The notes under the pieces are model-generated. The model made no database searches. It had not been told where the DNA came from and was given only the letters and a program-made list of their open reading frames with translations. A stretch of DNA of 63,907 bases, the filler included, from Craspedostauros australis (Eukaryota), in the NCBI GenBank assembly GCA_030167865.1. It is 11 parts of 11 records of this genome, joined end to end, with 100 filler letters (N's around TTAATTAATTAA, not from the genome) between each part and the next. Parts side by side here need not be neighbours in the genome. Positions count along the whole stretch, not along the records: positions 42,471 to 44,322 come from JALAGF010002693.1; positions 44,423 to 46,109 come from JALAGF010002694.1; positions 46,210 to 52,622 come from JALAGF010002699.1; positions 52,723 to 53,799 come from JALAGF010002700.1; positions 53,900 to 62,311 come from JALAGF010002701.1; 6 more parts are not named here. One strand, 5' to 3'. Both the position numbers and the translations under genes were made by a program. Below, one piece after another: positions 42,471 through 56,272 of this stretch; the stretch's first letter is position 1; each line of letters opens with the position of its first letter.

Positions 42471-44322
42471 CAAGCGGATGCCCGACGGCACGGTAAAGAA
42501 GTACAAGGGACGGTGGTGCTGCAGAGGCGACATGATGACTGAAACGGAAGCAACTTACGCCCCGGTCGTTGCCTGGTCCTCTGTTCGCGTCTTTCTCATC
42601 CTTTCCATTTTGCTTCGCTGGGTCACGACGTCAATTGATTTCTCAAACGCCTTCGTACAAGCCGACATCCATCGTCCGGTATACCTACACCTTCCACGCG
42701 GATTCCGATCAACCAACGGACCCGATACATGCCTCAAGCTGATCAAAAGCCTCTACGGGTTAACTATAGCTCCCAAGCTATGGTACCAACACCTTGTGCG
42801 TGCTCTCCTCGCGGAAGGATTCCACGCGTGTGATCAAGAACGGTGCCTGTTCATGCGCGATGGGATGATGATCGTCCTCTATGTGGACGATGCCGGCATT
42901 GCTTCGCGCACGGAAGAAGAAGCAGACGCATTCATTAAGTCCATGCGTAAGCGCGGATTTGATCTCACACGAGAAGGCACCTTCACGGAGTTTCTGGGAA
43001 TATCGCTACACAGAGATCCCAAGAACAACACCATCCACCTCAAACAAACCGGCCTCATCAACAAAATCATCGACGCCACAGGCATGCAGAACTGCAAACC
43101 CAACGTGACACCCACAACACAACTTGCCCTTGGAACATCAATTGATCAACCTCCGATGAAGGAGGCATGGAACTACCGCTCCGTCGTTGGCATGCTACTC
43201 TACTTGACTACGAATACACGCCCCGACCTGGCCTTCGCCGTCTCTCAAGTGGCGCGATTCAGCAACGACCCTCGCCAGCCACACGCAAAGGCAATCAAAA
43301 TGATAGTACGCTACCTTCGCCACACCAACACCATGGGAACCATCGTGCGACCGACGGGTCAACTCAACCTGGAATGCTACGTTGACGCCGATTTCGCAGG
43401 CCTGTACAAGCGCGAGGCCGACGACTCCCCAAACGCAGTACGCTCCCGCACAGGGTATGTTATCATCCTCGGCGGCTGCCCACTTGTGTGGAAATCGAAG
43501 CTGCAGACGGAAATTGCCTTGTCCACAATGGAATCGGAGTACGCCGCGCTGTCTCTCGCTATGCGCGCCCTCATCCCGATGCAACAACTCATCAACGAAG
43601 TGAAAGCATCAACCAACCTCAACCAATCGCTGCAAACCAATATCCAATGCACAGTGTTTGAGGACAACGAGGCGTGTATCTCATTGGCAACGAATCACAA
43701 GGTGACGGCACGAACCAAGCATTTCCTAACCAAATGGCACTTCTTCTGGCACTGGGTCAAGGAAGGTTTCATTCGGATCCTTCACGTGCCGACACCCAAC
43801 CAAATTGCCGACATCTTCACCAAGGGCCTCGCGCGGGACGCATTTGAGCATCTGCGCCGTATGCTCATGGGGTGGTGAGGGCATCACAAATTGTGAACTG
43901 TTGATCGAACGATGGAGGTTTTTACACCGGGGACATGCTTCGCACTACGCCGAGAGGGAGAGTTGGGACAGACTAGCTCCGGGACTGACTCGGGAATTGA
44001 CTGTCCATTCCGCGTACACGGTACTCGGTACCCAATACCGATACTGTGATGAAAGGCTACCACACCCACGATGTGTAGTTGAACTGCAATCCTTGCGTTG
44101 CTCGCCCTCCAGCTCATGCACCCCTGCCACCTGTCCACCTCGTCACCCTGCCGAACATGCATTTGTATTGAAGCATATCCATGCGGATGGATCAGCTACC
44201 GCTCTACGGGTGATGATACTGGAAGACTGTGTGTGTGGAGGATCACCACGGCATGCTGCTGCGCAACAAAGAACGGCTGAAGTACGACAGCACGAACCCC
44301 ACCTTTTTACTCGATCGTCCTA
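42471..44322 (+). mobile_element. Ty1/copia (CoDi-type) 3' half: intact RT-RNase H frame (to 43878), polypurine tract 43952-43962, probable 3' LTR downstream
   Basis: DFSNAFVQ, SLYGL, LYVDD, TRPDLAFAV, YVDADFAG, SRTGY, STMESEY, FEDN and QIADIFTK. GAGAGGGAGAG follows the stop. LTR limits cannot be determined from one copy. Confidence 0.93.
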
Positions 44323-44422
44323 NNNNNNNNNNNNNNNNNNNNNNNNNNNNNNNNNNNNNNNNNNNNTTAATTAATTAANNNNNNNNNNNNNNNNNNNNNN
44401 NNNNNNNNNNNNNNNNNNNNNN

Positions 44423-46109
44423 CTCGAGAGTCTACGATCGCGTCTCCACGATGTCAAGTACGAGATCACGGACGAGGAAATGATCATGCAAATCCTCAGC
44501 ACGGTGCGCAACGAATACAGAACTCACATCGTGAACTTCCAACACCAACTCACGTTCAATTCGGAACTGGTTACCATCAACACGATCAGAGGAGTACTCC
44601 GCACTGCATACGCCACTCACAGAGGAGGCAAGGCATACGTCGACAACTTCCAAGACAGCAACACGAAGAGCAACGATACCGGCTTCACAAGCACCGGTAA
44701 CTTCAAGGGTACTTGTCACAACTGTGGCGTGTATGGCCATAGATCCGCCGATTGCCCAGAACGCAAGAAATCGAACAACAAGAAAAACAACAACAACAAC
44801 AACAACAACAAAATGAACGGAAAGCGCAACAAGGGAAGCGGCTTCAAGGGCAAGTGCAACTACTGCGGCATCTTTGGACATCGTGAGGCGGAGTGCCGAA
44901 AGAAGAAGTTCAACGAAAGCAAAAAGAACAACGAACAAGCCAACGCGGCTACGGAAGGACACGACAAGAGCGGGCACGAGATGGTACTCTCTGCGAAGGA
45001 TATGCCGCTCTGCATGTTGGTGTCCGACGACTACATCGAAGACTCCTTCTTCGATAACTTCGAGTGTGTCGGAAGTGACGACGAAGTACAGGACGATGAG
45101 ATCGTCCCGGAGTGGCTCAGCGAGGAGCCAATCATCCACGAGGTGGATCCAAGACGCGAAGTGAGCTACGAATGCTGCTTCAACGCGCATGACCTGATCG
45201 GTTCATACGGCGACGAAGCTGAGATGGACGACGAGGCCAACGATAGCGACATCGAAGAGGCCATGAGCGATGACGACGACAACGACGATGCCGACGAGGA
45301 CGGCGCAGATGAAGACGACGAAACGAACCACGCCGCGGCGCCGCCTCCTCCAGCGGCGGGGAACAACAGATCGGGCATCTTCGACGAAGATGACAGCGAC
45401 GAAACTGAAGACCATCCAGACGACAGCTTCAATCCAAACGAGCGTGTCGTCTATCCAGCGAATATCGACTTCCCGGATATTGAGGATCCCAACAGTGTCG
45501 ACTACCTCCTCCGTCACAGCGTCACCCCAAACGCGACAGCAACAGCGTTGATAATCCAGAAGCAACTTATCTTCGATGCCGTAATGGAAGCGGGGATGCG
45601 ACTGTTCGCAGGGACCGCACGAGGAGTGCTCAGACCGATATGGGTGAACATGATGGGATCCATCCTATCCGAGAGCTTCGGATCAATCGAAGAGATCCTC
45701 ACCAATTCGGTCGTCATCAACCGCATACTGGAAGCGGACAACATGGAAACGATCCCAGAGACGGATTTACATTACATCCTTGGAGAATGTATGCGTGTAC
45801 TCTTGCGAGAGCGATCACGCGTCCACCCATACGATCCAGCCACAGGATCACACCGAAGCAACACGATTCCATCGGACTACGCGCAGCTACCCGATGAGAC
45901 CGACGACGAACATCACGAGAATCCATGGAACGAATATGGAGTTCACGTCGACGAAGAGGACGAAGACAACATCATGACCGATACAGCTGCAGCAGCTGTG
46001 GAGCAGCTCCATGAGCTGAGCACTCGATACAAAGACAAGGTCAACAAGGACACCTGGCTCGCCGACAGTGGAGCTTCGTGTCACATCGTCAATTCAGACG
46101 CCGCTCTCT
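44423..46109 (+). mobile_element. Ty1/copia gag-protease fragment with two zinc knuckles
   Basis: CHNCGVYGHRSADC and CNYCGIFGHREAEC (CX2CX4HX4C), with the protease motif WLADSGASCHI at the contig end. Confidence 0.9.
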
Positions 46110-46209
46110 NNNNNNNNNNNNNNNNNNNNNNNNNNNNNNNNNNNNNNNNNNNNTTAATTAATTAANNNNNNNNNNNNNNNNNNNNNNNNNNNNNNNNNNN
46201 NNNNNNNNN

Positions 46210-48037
46210 GAAATAGTTTCTTGAAATCTGGATGAGTGAACAGTGTATTCTCATGTTCACCTGCCATTCTCATTGCTGCATCCTTCAACACCAAGCAGTT
46301 GTGTTGATCGGCAAATATCAACACATCTATCATGGTGTCCTCTGTGAGATGCTTGTGGGTCAATTCTGCTTCAAGAGCAAGCTTGAGTCGCCAAAAGCCG
46401 AACTCATTGGCCACAAAGACGAGCTGTTGCAGATCGTCCTGTCCATTGAGGGTGGGAGTTGGCTGGTGAGAGGCATCATCGTCAGTGTCGATAGGGGTGT
46501 TATCATCGAAGGATATCTCACCGGTGTAGATGCATTGGAGGACATATCGGACGTGTTTTGGTTGAAGGTTGGGGAGAGGGATGGTTGTTTCGATGGGGAC
46601 CGCGCCGTCTTCGGTGCCATCATTCGCGTGCTGGTGTTGGATTCCAGAGTTGATCAGTGTCTGAATGGATGGAACAGTGACCCTGAGGACTCCGGAGTTG
46701 GCTTTGATTGGTTGTTGTTCGTCCCCTTGTCCACACAGGAAGGTAACGTCTGCGATGGCCTCGGTACGAAAAGCAGCGTGACGATCTTGGTCGATGCTGA
46801 TCTTGAGATGTTGTTTCAGCTGCCGTTTCAGTTGTTCGTTCTCTTGTTGACTTTTCGAGAGCATGTGCTGCATTTCTTCCTTCTGCTGTTTCAGCTGTTC
46901 ATTCTCTTCCTCCTTCTGTTTCTTCTCTTCCTCCTCTCGTTCCAACTGCTGTTTCAGTTGTTCATTCTCTTCCTCCTTCTGTGTCTTCTCTTCCTTCTCC
47001 TGTTCCAACTGCTGTTTCAGTTGTTCATTCTCTTGCTCCTTCTGTGTCTTCTCTTCCTCCTTCCGTTCCAACTGCTGTTTCAGTTGTTCGTTCTTCTCCT
47101 GCAGTTGTGAGTTGCGGTGACTCAGATGATCGAGACGTTTTATCATCTTGATTTGAATTGTTGCATCGATCATATCGAGGGGCGTTTTGTTGTCTTTGTT
47201 TGTAATGTCGGTATTAGCATTGGCTGATGCAACGAGGTACGCAACACACTCCAGGTGGCCGTTGTAGCATGCCCAATGAAGGGGAGTCCAACCATCGCTG
47301 TTTTTGCAGTTGATGTCCGCCTCACATGATTCGATGAGGTACTTGACACACTCCAGCTGGCCGCTGCAACATGCCTCATGAAGAGAAGTCCAACCATGGT
47401 TGTGGTTATTGCAGTTGATGTCCGCCTCACATGATTCGATGAGGTACTTGACACACTCCAGGTGGCCATAGCGGCATGCCCAATGAAGGGGAGTGCGACC
47501 ATTGCGGTCTTTGCAGCTGATGTCTGCCTCACATGATTCGACGAGGTACTTCACACACTCCAGGTGGTCGTTGGAGCATGCATCATGAAGGGGAGCGTTT
47601 CCATTGTTGTCTCTGCAGTTGATGTTCGCTTCACATGATTCGATGAGGTACTTGACACACTCCAGGTGGCCGTTGGAGCATGCCAGATGAAGGGGAGTGT
47701 TGTCTCTGTTGCTTTTGCAGTTGATGTCCGCCTCACATGATTCGATGAGGTACTTGACACACTCCAGGTGGCCGTTGGAGCATGCCAGATGAAGGGGAGT
47801 GTAACCATGGTTGTCTTTGCAGTTGACATTCGCTCCACATGATTCGATGAGGTACTTCACACACTCCAGGTGGCCATTGGAGCATGCCAGATGAAGGGGA
47901 GTCCAAAGATCGTAGATTTTGAAGTTGACACCATCTCCTTCATTCTGCGTATTGTTCTGCTTCTTCCACTCCTTCAACACTGACAAGTCACCGGCCTTGG
48001 CAGCATGAAAGAGTTGGTCGTTCGTAACATTCGGCAT
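46210..48037 (-). CDS. Ankyrin-repeat - coiled-coil - BTB/POZ protein (3' truncated)
   Basis: Start MPNVT at 48037. Seven near-identical TPLHxACxNGHLECVKYLIESCEADINCK repeats, then 21-aa EQLKQQLEREEEEKTQKEEEN-type repeats. BTB-like ADVTFLC...LQCIYTG...ANEFGFWRLK and BACK-like LIFADQHNCLVLKDAAM follow. Confidence 0.9.
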
Positions 48038-49369
48038 TTTGAGAGTGTGGTGGATGGACGATAGACGTTGGACGATAGACGTTGGACGTTGGACGATTGG
48101 CGTTGGATTGGCTGTCGAGGATGTCTGTGGTCGGAGCTGCCTATGGAAGAGATATCGATGTTTGTGTATGCAACAGCTTGTATTAGTATTAGTATGAGTA
48201 TGAGTATGAGTATGAGTACCATACGCTGTGTGATGATTATGAGTGGCAATTCGATGTCTGTTGTTCACGCGGTTGAGTATGGGGTTGAGTGGTGTGTGTG
48301 CTGTTGTCTTGTTCGCATGGCCTCCTCCTTCTGTTTGCCTGTGTTTGTCTCCTTCTCTTCATCAAACGCGTCTGGTTCGCGCGGATTGGATCTTTCTGTT
48401 CCCATCCATCACGAAAATGCGTGCGACCAACAACAAGAAAGAAGCACCACAACAGAGTTCTCGTTTGGCCACAATCAACGCAACACCAATCCGAAGCAAA
48501 CAACGTCAAAGTCTTCGGAAACAGAGAGAGCTGTCATCATCACCACCACCGCCGCCACCACCATGTGCACCATGGCCCACGCTTGCTTGCGTCATCGTGG
48601 CATCTGCAAGACCGCTGACCCTCGTCCGCCTGCCATCGCAAGCACCAACTTGAGGTGTGAGCCAATGCCTCGAACAACCATGAAGCCACCAATGTGACTG
48701 CCTTTGTTGATTGCCTGTGTTGGTTGCAACCCATCTCATTTGGACTTGACTGGTTGCCATCCCACCACATTGCAACCATCACCATCCGCATGGGCAACAA
48801 GAGTCCCCAACATCCAACCAACACCACAATGCATATTGGGATGGCTTGGCACCTTCAACAATCAACAGGCGGAGCGATACTGTGCCACCTCCACTGTTCC
48901 TGCCACACGGACCACCAACACACAACACCATGCACGTTCTATCAATAGGCATGAGCGCCGCCGTCTTGGCTCGTGACTTCCAGAGCATCGATGCTCAACA
49001 GAGGTGATCGACAGGACCATCCGCTTCACGAACGAAGTTGGGATCACCACAAAGGAGGACATGTGGGCATACGGTGCTCATGGGCCATGGATCGCTGACT
49101 GTGTGCTTCCTGTACCAAAATGGATCTCTGTGTCAGCCATGATCCGCAATACAGTACTCGCACTCTGCATGGGGTTGGTTCGTTGGTTCGTTGGTTTCTT
49201 CTTTTGCTCGTCAAGCTCTCTGGATGCTTGGACTGCGCTACCTCGTCGGTTCTTGTCTTTCCACCACGCTGGCATTGGTCGCTTCGAAGAATGGAATGGA
49301 TGGTGACCCTGGCATTTGTTGCTTCAACAGCAAGTGATTGCTCCTCCTGGGACTTGGTGAGGGTCTCAA

Positions 49370-52330
49370 CTACAGTGTTGGCACAATGGTGGGAGTGCAA
49401 CTCATGGTGAGATGAGGACAATAGCACGATACGGGACGGTCAATGGAACCGCACAGCAACCATGCTCCTCGCGGCTTCTCACCATTTCTCTCTGCCTTGT
49501 TCGCCATGTGTTCTTCGTAGATCGTCTCTTCCAGCAACTTGGATCGACTGGCATCGGCACTGTCGTTTTCATTCTTCTTGGTAGTGTAACTTGGAGTGGA
49601 GTGCTCTGTGTGTGAATCCGGTGGCATGGTGACGACCGCATGGCTTGTGAACATGCTGCTGCCATGCGTCCTTTGTCTGCGCAATGAACCAACAACGATG
49701 CTGATGGCGGAGTGTGGATGGAACCACGGACGTCCAATCTGCTTGTGAATGACATCGGCAACATCCTTGTGTGCGTTTGTATCGCAGAGGGCGCACACGA
49801 GTAGTCGTAGACAAGGCGGAGGCAGCGTGGGAGCAGTATCCAGCCCTTCAATCTCTTGAAACATCCGGTGACTTCATCATAGCATTCTATTGCACGAGCA
49901 GATATAGTGCATGCGGTACTGTTCCAATCCTACATATCATAGAACATTACAATCCATTCGTAGGTGTATTACATACAGGGATGTGGATCTACCATACCTC
50001 TATGAGTATGATACGAGTACGGAGCGGCCCATCCATCTCATCTCATTCCATCCCAACATGTCGTGATGCATCACAGGGTAGGAGTTTTGGTACCATTCAT
50101 CAAGGGATGGCGGCACTGAGACGCGCTCTTGTTCCTGACTGCTTTCTTTGATATGAGTTGCAGTGGCTTTGTGCCGGACAGCTTCTCATGGTAGACAGCA
50201 TCGCGAGTTGACGATCTGCTTCGTCCACGGCGATTTGATTGAAGGGCCCCGCGTGATGATGAACGTTTGTTGGCATGTTGTTGTTCGCCATGCCATCCAT
50301 TCTCATCTCGCTCATTGCTGTGCTGTTCGACACTGTAATTTCGATATCTTCTTGATCTGCTTCGTGGTCGCGCCGATGGTGATCGTTCATGAGAGGACTT
50401 CCTTCACTGATCTTCGGCACGTGGTATCAATTGGCTATGGCCACGTTGATTTGGCCTTTGCGAACTTCCTCGGACATGCTTTTGGGAAGGTGAGCCCTTG
50501 CGCCGTTGCAAACCAGTACCAGGGGAGTGCGCATTTGAGTTGGTTTCGCGTGAACTCGAGGCTGCGTTCATATCATCCGAACTGCCAGATGTTCCTTGTC
50601 GCCGTGATGATGGCGATGAGTCCATCGATACTTGCGCAGTTCTTCTACGGCCATGATCGGATGGGCTTCGACGACTCCACGCCGATGACGAGCCGCGGCT
50701 TCTTCCAGAGGAGCAAGTGTGAATTGCTCCGTCACGACGATGGCGCAATGATGTCGAATGCTCCACACTCTTTGATCTTGACAATGTTGAATGCAGCTTG
50801 CCACTGGTGTGCTGTGCGCTTCTCCGCCAATGCCGTGGAGACAGTGATCTCGATGGTAATATCAATGGTGATGACACGTCTCTTGTTTTGCTGGAGTGGT
50901 GACGTCGGGGCCCATTGCCAAGCACCTTGGAGATCCTTTCCTTCATCTCATCGCACAGAGCACCCGTGCTTCATTCGCGTGAAGGTCGTTGCTTTGAGTC
51001 TTCACTTGGGCGCAACGAACTGCATGCAGATCTGTTGTGAGAAGGAGCCACCCGGTGCTTCTTGATCGATTGCAATTCGATTCCCAAACTCAAGGCTCCA
51101 GGACTGGATGGGGCTTGGGGTTGTGGCCGAGACACCTCCGTGTCCGCGTTCGAACTGTTGAAGATTGAGTTTGGATTTGGACTGTGATGATGATGACGGT
51201 GGCGACGATGATGGCGCCTTTGCGGATGCTTCAGTCAAGGCAAGATCGGCCAATTGCGATGGTCGGGATTCGAGAGATGGCCGCTGCTTCGATTTGGGAG
51301 GATTGGTCGACGATACTCCACGTAATGATGATCGTTTGGCCTTGAGGATGCTTTCCAACGTCGACCTGCGCTTGTTCAACGACCAAGACTATTGTCTCTC
51401 TTCATGTATGTGGCTGAAGGGAAAGGGGGCTGGTGTAGATGCTGAGCTCCGACCTCCAGGCGTGACAGGGGCCACAGAGCTTCTCCCACCATTCGTTGCA
51501 GCAGCACTTGTCGCAACGTCGACGCTGTCGTGGAGACTTGGCAGATTGGAGCGTGGCTCCAGGCTCTTACTGCGTGACGTCTCCGTTGTCGCAACGCGAG
51601 ATAGAGCGGGGGTGCTGGCCGCACTCATCGCGCCTGGTGTGTCTGATGTGTCTGATGTGCCTGGCATGTTGTGTCCGTCCTTCGCGAATTCCAACAATTC
51701 CAAACTCTTGCTCCTCGATTTGGCGCTGCTGGTCGTTCCGTTGGAATTCGTTTGTGTCCTTGGCCTGCGTCTCCGACTCTGCGCAAGCATCATCTTGTCT
51801 TGGCTGCTCCATTCGCGGGTTGCGCCAAGTGCTGGGGCTGTGGCGAAGCTGAGTCCACCTGGGATGTTTGGCACCGGTATGGATTCATTGTTGTTGAACT
51901 TGCTGGGATCAAGGTAGCTGAATGACATCTCGTGAGCTTGCATGTTGAGCATGTCCAGACTCTTCGCACGTGATGGTTTCACAGCTGAAGCTTTCGCATC
52001 TTTCGCTGTACTTCTATTGGCACTGCTTGGTGTATCTGTGCTGACACTGGCACGACAACCTGATTTTGCAGCTGCTTTGGCCTCTTTTGCAACGCTGGTG
52101 GGCTTGCTCGCCTTCGATTTCGTGTCGGCCTGTTGCGGTTGCTTGGTCTCCGTTTGTTTCTCTGCTATCAGTCTGACACCGTCCTCTTCCAGCAACTTCG
52201 ATCGTCATGATCACATGACCGCACGGGCTGGACGAAGGTTCGAACAGAGTATCTATAAGGCTGGACGCTTTGCTGTGACAACTCCCAGAGTAGATCGTAC
52301 TCATGGAAGGTTCCATAGTAATACTCATAG
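49370..52330 (-). pseudogene. Probable decayed gene encoding a Ser/Arg-rich low-complexity protein
   Basis: Collinear minus-strand ORF pieces share internal motifs (RSKSLE/RSKLLEE/RAKSLD, SKQRPS). They are separated by in-frame stops (TGA 52207-52205, TAG 51391-51389, TGA 50973-50971, TGA 50406-50404) and at least one frameshift. Confidence 0.45.
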
Positions 52331-52722
52331 TCGTACGACGAGTGGATCAAGGTGCGGAGCAACTGGCGAGCCTTCCCACAGTTCCTCTTGGATGTCGATG
52401 ACTCATCATCTTGTCTGATTGTTTGTGTTGGTGTTTGCGTCGGTGGTACCAATTGTGAAGGGATACGGCACTGTTGGAGGGGTTGCCATCGCCATCATCA
52501 TCGTCAAACAGAGTTGCATTGCGCGAAGACAACAGCGAGGTGATGTTCGTTGTGAGTGTTTGTGTGCGTCACTGGTTGAATGAACAACGGATGGCAGACA
52601 GACGAGTACTCAACAAACGCGCNNNNNNNNNNNNNNNNNNNNNNNNNNNNNNNNNNNNNNNNNNNNTTAATTAATTAANNNNNNNNNNNNNNNNNNNNNN
52701 NNNNNNNNNNNNNNNNNNNNNN

Positions 52723-53610
52723 TGAGTTTGCGGGAGACAAGGATAACCGGATCAGTGTCGGGGGACATCTCGTCCTATTGCAAGGGGTGCCCATCGTATG
52801 GAGATCAAAGGCACAACGAAGTGTAACTCTCAGCTCAACAGAGGCGGAATACGTCGCCTTATCAGAAGCAGGAAAGGAGATTCGCTTCCTCACGCAACTG
52901 ATGGAGGACATCGGCTTGACGATGACCAAACCAGTGGATGTGTATGCGGACAATGTGGGGGCTATCTTCATTGCCTCCAATCCGTCTACATCATCGCGAA
53001 CGAGACACATCGATATACAACATCATTTCACTCGGGAGCTGATAGACAACGGAGAGGCACGAATTCAGTTTGTGCGCTCAGAGGACAACATCGCAGACGG
53101 CTTCACCAAGAACACAAAGAAGGAGATCTACGATAGACACAAAGGGAGTATCATTCAATTGAGGTCGACCATGGATTAATGGGACAGAAGAGATGAGTGC
53201 GAGAGCGAGACAAGGGAGTGTGACAGGAGATGATTTGTGAGTGTGAGTGAGTATGGTGGTGCGACAATGGAAGGGTGTCAGGAATCGGGGGTACGACTTT
53301 GCAAAGATACCCTATTCTACCGCAGCTCCCATGAGGACTGACTGGAACCGGAGTGGTATTATGTGCAAAGGTACCCATGATTGCCGCAACCCCCAGTAGC
53401 ATCTCCCAGACAAACCGCAACCTAGCAATCGACCAGTTGCACTCAGACAGCCCAATGGCCTTACCTGTCTTATGCGACATCCAAGCACCCTCATCCAGTG
53501 GCCTACTCGGCCATGTTCCAATAACGGTCGGGAACCGAGAGGTCTATGACGATGGCAACACACCAGCCCTGAGTGAATCGAATGAGCGCGACAACCAATA
53601 TATCTGAACA
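52723..53610 (+). mobile_element. Ty1/copia RNase H C-terminus (to 53179), PPT GGAAGGG (53269-53275) and putative 3' LTR 53276-53610
   Basis: FAGDKDNRISVGG, WRSKAQRSVTLSSTEAEY, DNVGAI, RTRHID and NIADGFTK. The PPT is followed by TGTCAG...CTGAACA; the LTR end is tentative. Confidence 0.85.
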
Positions 53611-56272
53611 AGTCGACGCGTCCCTGAGAACCTAACGTGAGAAAGCGAAACAGAGGCGATCCCTATTCACCCAAGACCACGATCCAGATGACAATAAGTT
53701 CCAAGCATCCAAAGGCAACCATCGAGATGACCGGAGGGAGGAACTGAAATGAAGTGGGACCAGTGAAGTGACAGGAGACCGAAGGAGAGGTACCTACAGN
53801 NNNNNNNNNNNNNNNNNNNNNNNNNNNNNNNNNNNNNNNNNNNTTAATTAATTAANNNNNNNNNNNNNNNNNNNNNNNNNNNNNNNNNNNNNNNNNNNNG
53901 AGTTGAGATTCAATGAGGGACAGACTACCACCGGACACGGTATCAACCAGATGGGAAAAATTCTCGTTTTGGCGCGAAATCCTCCGACTTGATCGACCAC
54001 AAAATCTTTTTCTCCTCCTTTCTCTCCTCCATTCACGAATCCATCATGACTCAAACATGACCGATCTGACTCACACCTCGCCTTGGGAACTATATGCTCC
54101 TCAGATCCTATTACTACAACATACCCCGATTCCCTTCACTCTGACGGCTACTGCATTATTGCCGTAGTCTTAACATGTGAATCCAACTTGCTTCAACCTG
54201 AGCAATGGAATCCGAGGGTCAGCTCCAGCCACAACCATTGCTTCATGACTGTCACCAACATGGTCATGGCCTACACTACAGTGTATCTACATGTGCGAAG
54301 AGCAAGGCACTGCTATGATCATCTACCCTGAGCACTGAACCAAGTATATCAGTGCAGGGTCTCGCCAAGTTGTGTGGCATCGTTTCTTCACCCTACTAAC
54401 ACCACTAGCTAACTCATAATAAACACAGACAAGGATTAGCTACAAAGCACTCTACTTCTCATCGTTACAAGTTATAACTCTTCAATCAGTACACCTCTCT
54501 TGAACTGCATCACACGGCTATCCCGAAGCTGGCAGATCCAAGAGACATCCTCCGCCGATTCGCGCCAACTACGCCCGAATCCTAACTGAACGCATTGATG
54601 ATAAAAACCTGTCGTATAGACACACAGCATGGTATCGCATTCTGCTGTCGTGGTACTTGGCACCGACAGAGACGAGAGACGACCACACGAGTTTTGAAGG
54701 AAGGAAGAGTCACTAAAAACAGGCGATTTGGTTACCGCTCCCCCCACTTTTGATGACGTCGTTAGTGTCTCAACACATGTCGCAAAAAAGATAAGTTGCA
54801 ATCATTTCGGAACGGAGGAATAGAATATAATATTCCATAATAGTGTTATCCCACCATCCTCTTGTATTATTGCATTCAGTTAGGATTCGTGTACGTTTCG
54901 TAGACGAGCCGGAGAAGGCCTCGTGGACTGCCGGCTTCAGACGAAGGCCAATTGGTGCAGTTCACTGGCTTAGACGCTGTTAGCAGGGTAACTTGTAATC
55001 AATGAGTAGAGTAGTAGTGTTGTACTAATCTGAGCTTGTTGTTAATATGAGATAGTACTGTGGTATTCAGGATGAAGAAACGATGTTCAACGTGTTGGCA
55101 CGGCTCTGCACTGACCCTTATGGTTCAGTGCTGAGACGGAGCTTTACCTTCTCTCAGTCCTTCTCCTCTTGGGTGCTGACGATGTCATGCAGAAGGCCTT
55201 GTGGCTTCAGCAGCTGTTGACGTGATGTGAACGATGCTGCAGGTGTCAGAGGTTTGGATTTTGTATTAGGATTCCATTGCTGTCATTGAAGCAGTTTGGA
55301 TTGCCCATGACGGAGCTGGTGTAGTCAGCGGATGTCGCAGCAGCAAAAGGGAATTCTGGTGAAGTCCATCTGACAGGGTCGGAGGGGCATGTAGTTCCAC
55401 ATGCGTCGATTGGATAGACGGACCGTAGCACTTGTAACGGGATTAGTTCGTGAATGACAAGAGAGGAGGACAGAAGAAAGGTCTAACCGTTGTCGGGCTT
55501 GGACAGTTGCGCGCCAAAATAGATTTCAAGCAACGACACGGGACACTCCAAAGAGAAAGTAGTCCGTTCTTAGTTGACTTGCAACTCATTCGCAATACTT
55601 GACAGGAGTCATGTGTCAGAAACGAAATCGTTTCTGATGGGAAAGAGCTCAACTCGAAGGATGACAAGGGGAAGAGTTCACAGTTTGAGGAAAACGAAGC
55701 GGAGAGTCCACAATTTGAGAACCACATGTCGAAACAAGAGAGGAGGAAGAGCCCACAATTTGAGGACAACAAGGGGGAAAAGATGGACATGAAACAACAC
55801 AAGGGCAAGAGCTCACGATTCCAGGGACAAAACATGGAAGGACAGAAACAACAACACCAGCAGCAACTTGACGCAAGATAGCAGGATCATCTTCCGTGTG
55901 TCTCGATGTATTGTATCTCCTTCGCATCAATAGCATCTACCAGCCAACAAGTATGAGCTTCATTCCCCCAATCTCCCACACCATGATGGCATAAAATCAA
56001 CACAACAACAAAACACAACACAAAGCGCATAACATAACACAAAGCAAAAGGAAAAGCACACACGCCCCAAATTCAAACGTGGTCTTGTGATATCAGTGCT
56101 ATTGCTCACGTTGCCATCAAGACAATAGAAATCCAACCAAGTCGTCAACACCATCGATCATCGTCCATAAACTATTATATTTTCCATCGACGTCAATTGA
56201 GAGTCAACGGTAAACATCCAACAGTCAACAACCATCAACCAAGCAGCATCGTCTATCAACCATCGAGTTACC

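Noticed and set aside
42471..46109. Joining the neighbouring copia RT and gag contigs (and the other copia pieces) into one element
   Set aside because: They are separate contigs in the wrong domain order, and the RT/RNase H fragments are clearly divergent from one another.
49370..52330. Alternative genetic code or selenocysteine readthrough to explain in-frame TGA codons
   Set aside because: Intact genes in the window use TGA, TAG and TAA as normal stops, and the region also has a frameshift. Decay is the simpler explanation.
55570..55850. Degenerate purine-rich repeats (GAGxxCACAxTTTGAG x3)
   Set aside because: Too few and too degenerate to support a feature, and not within a credible ORF.
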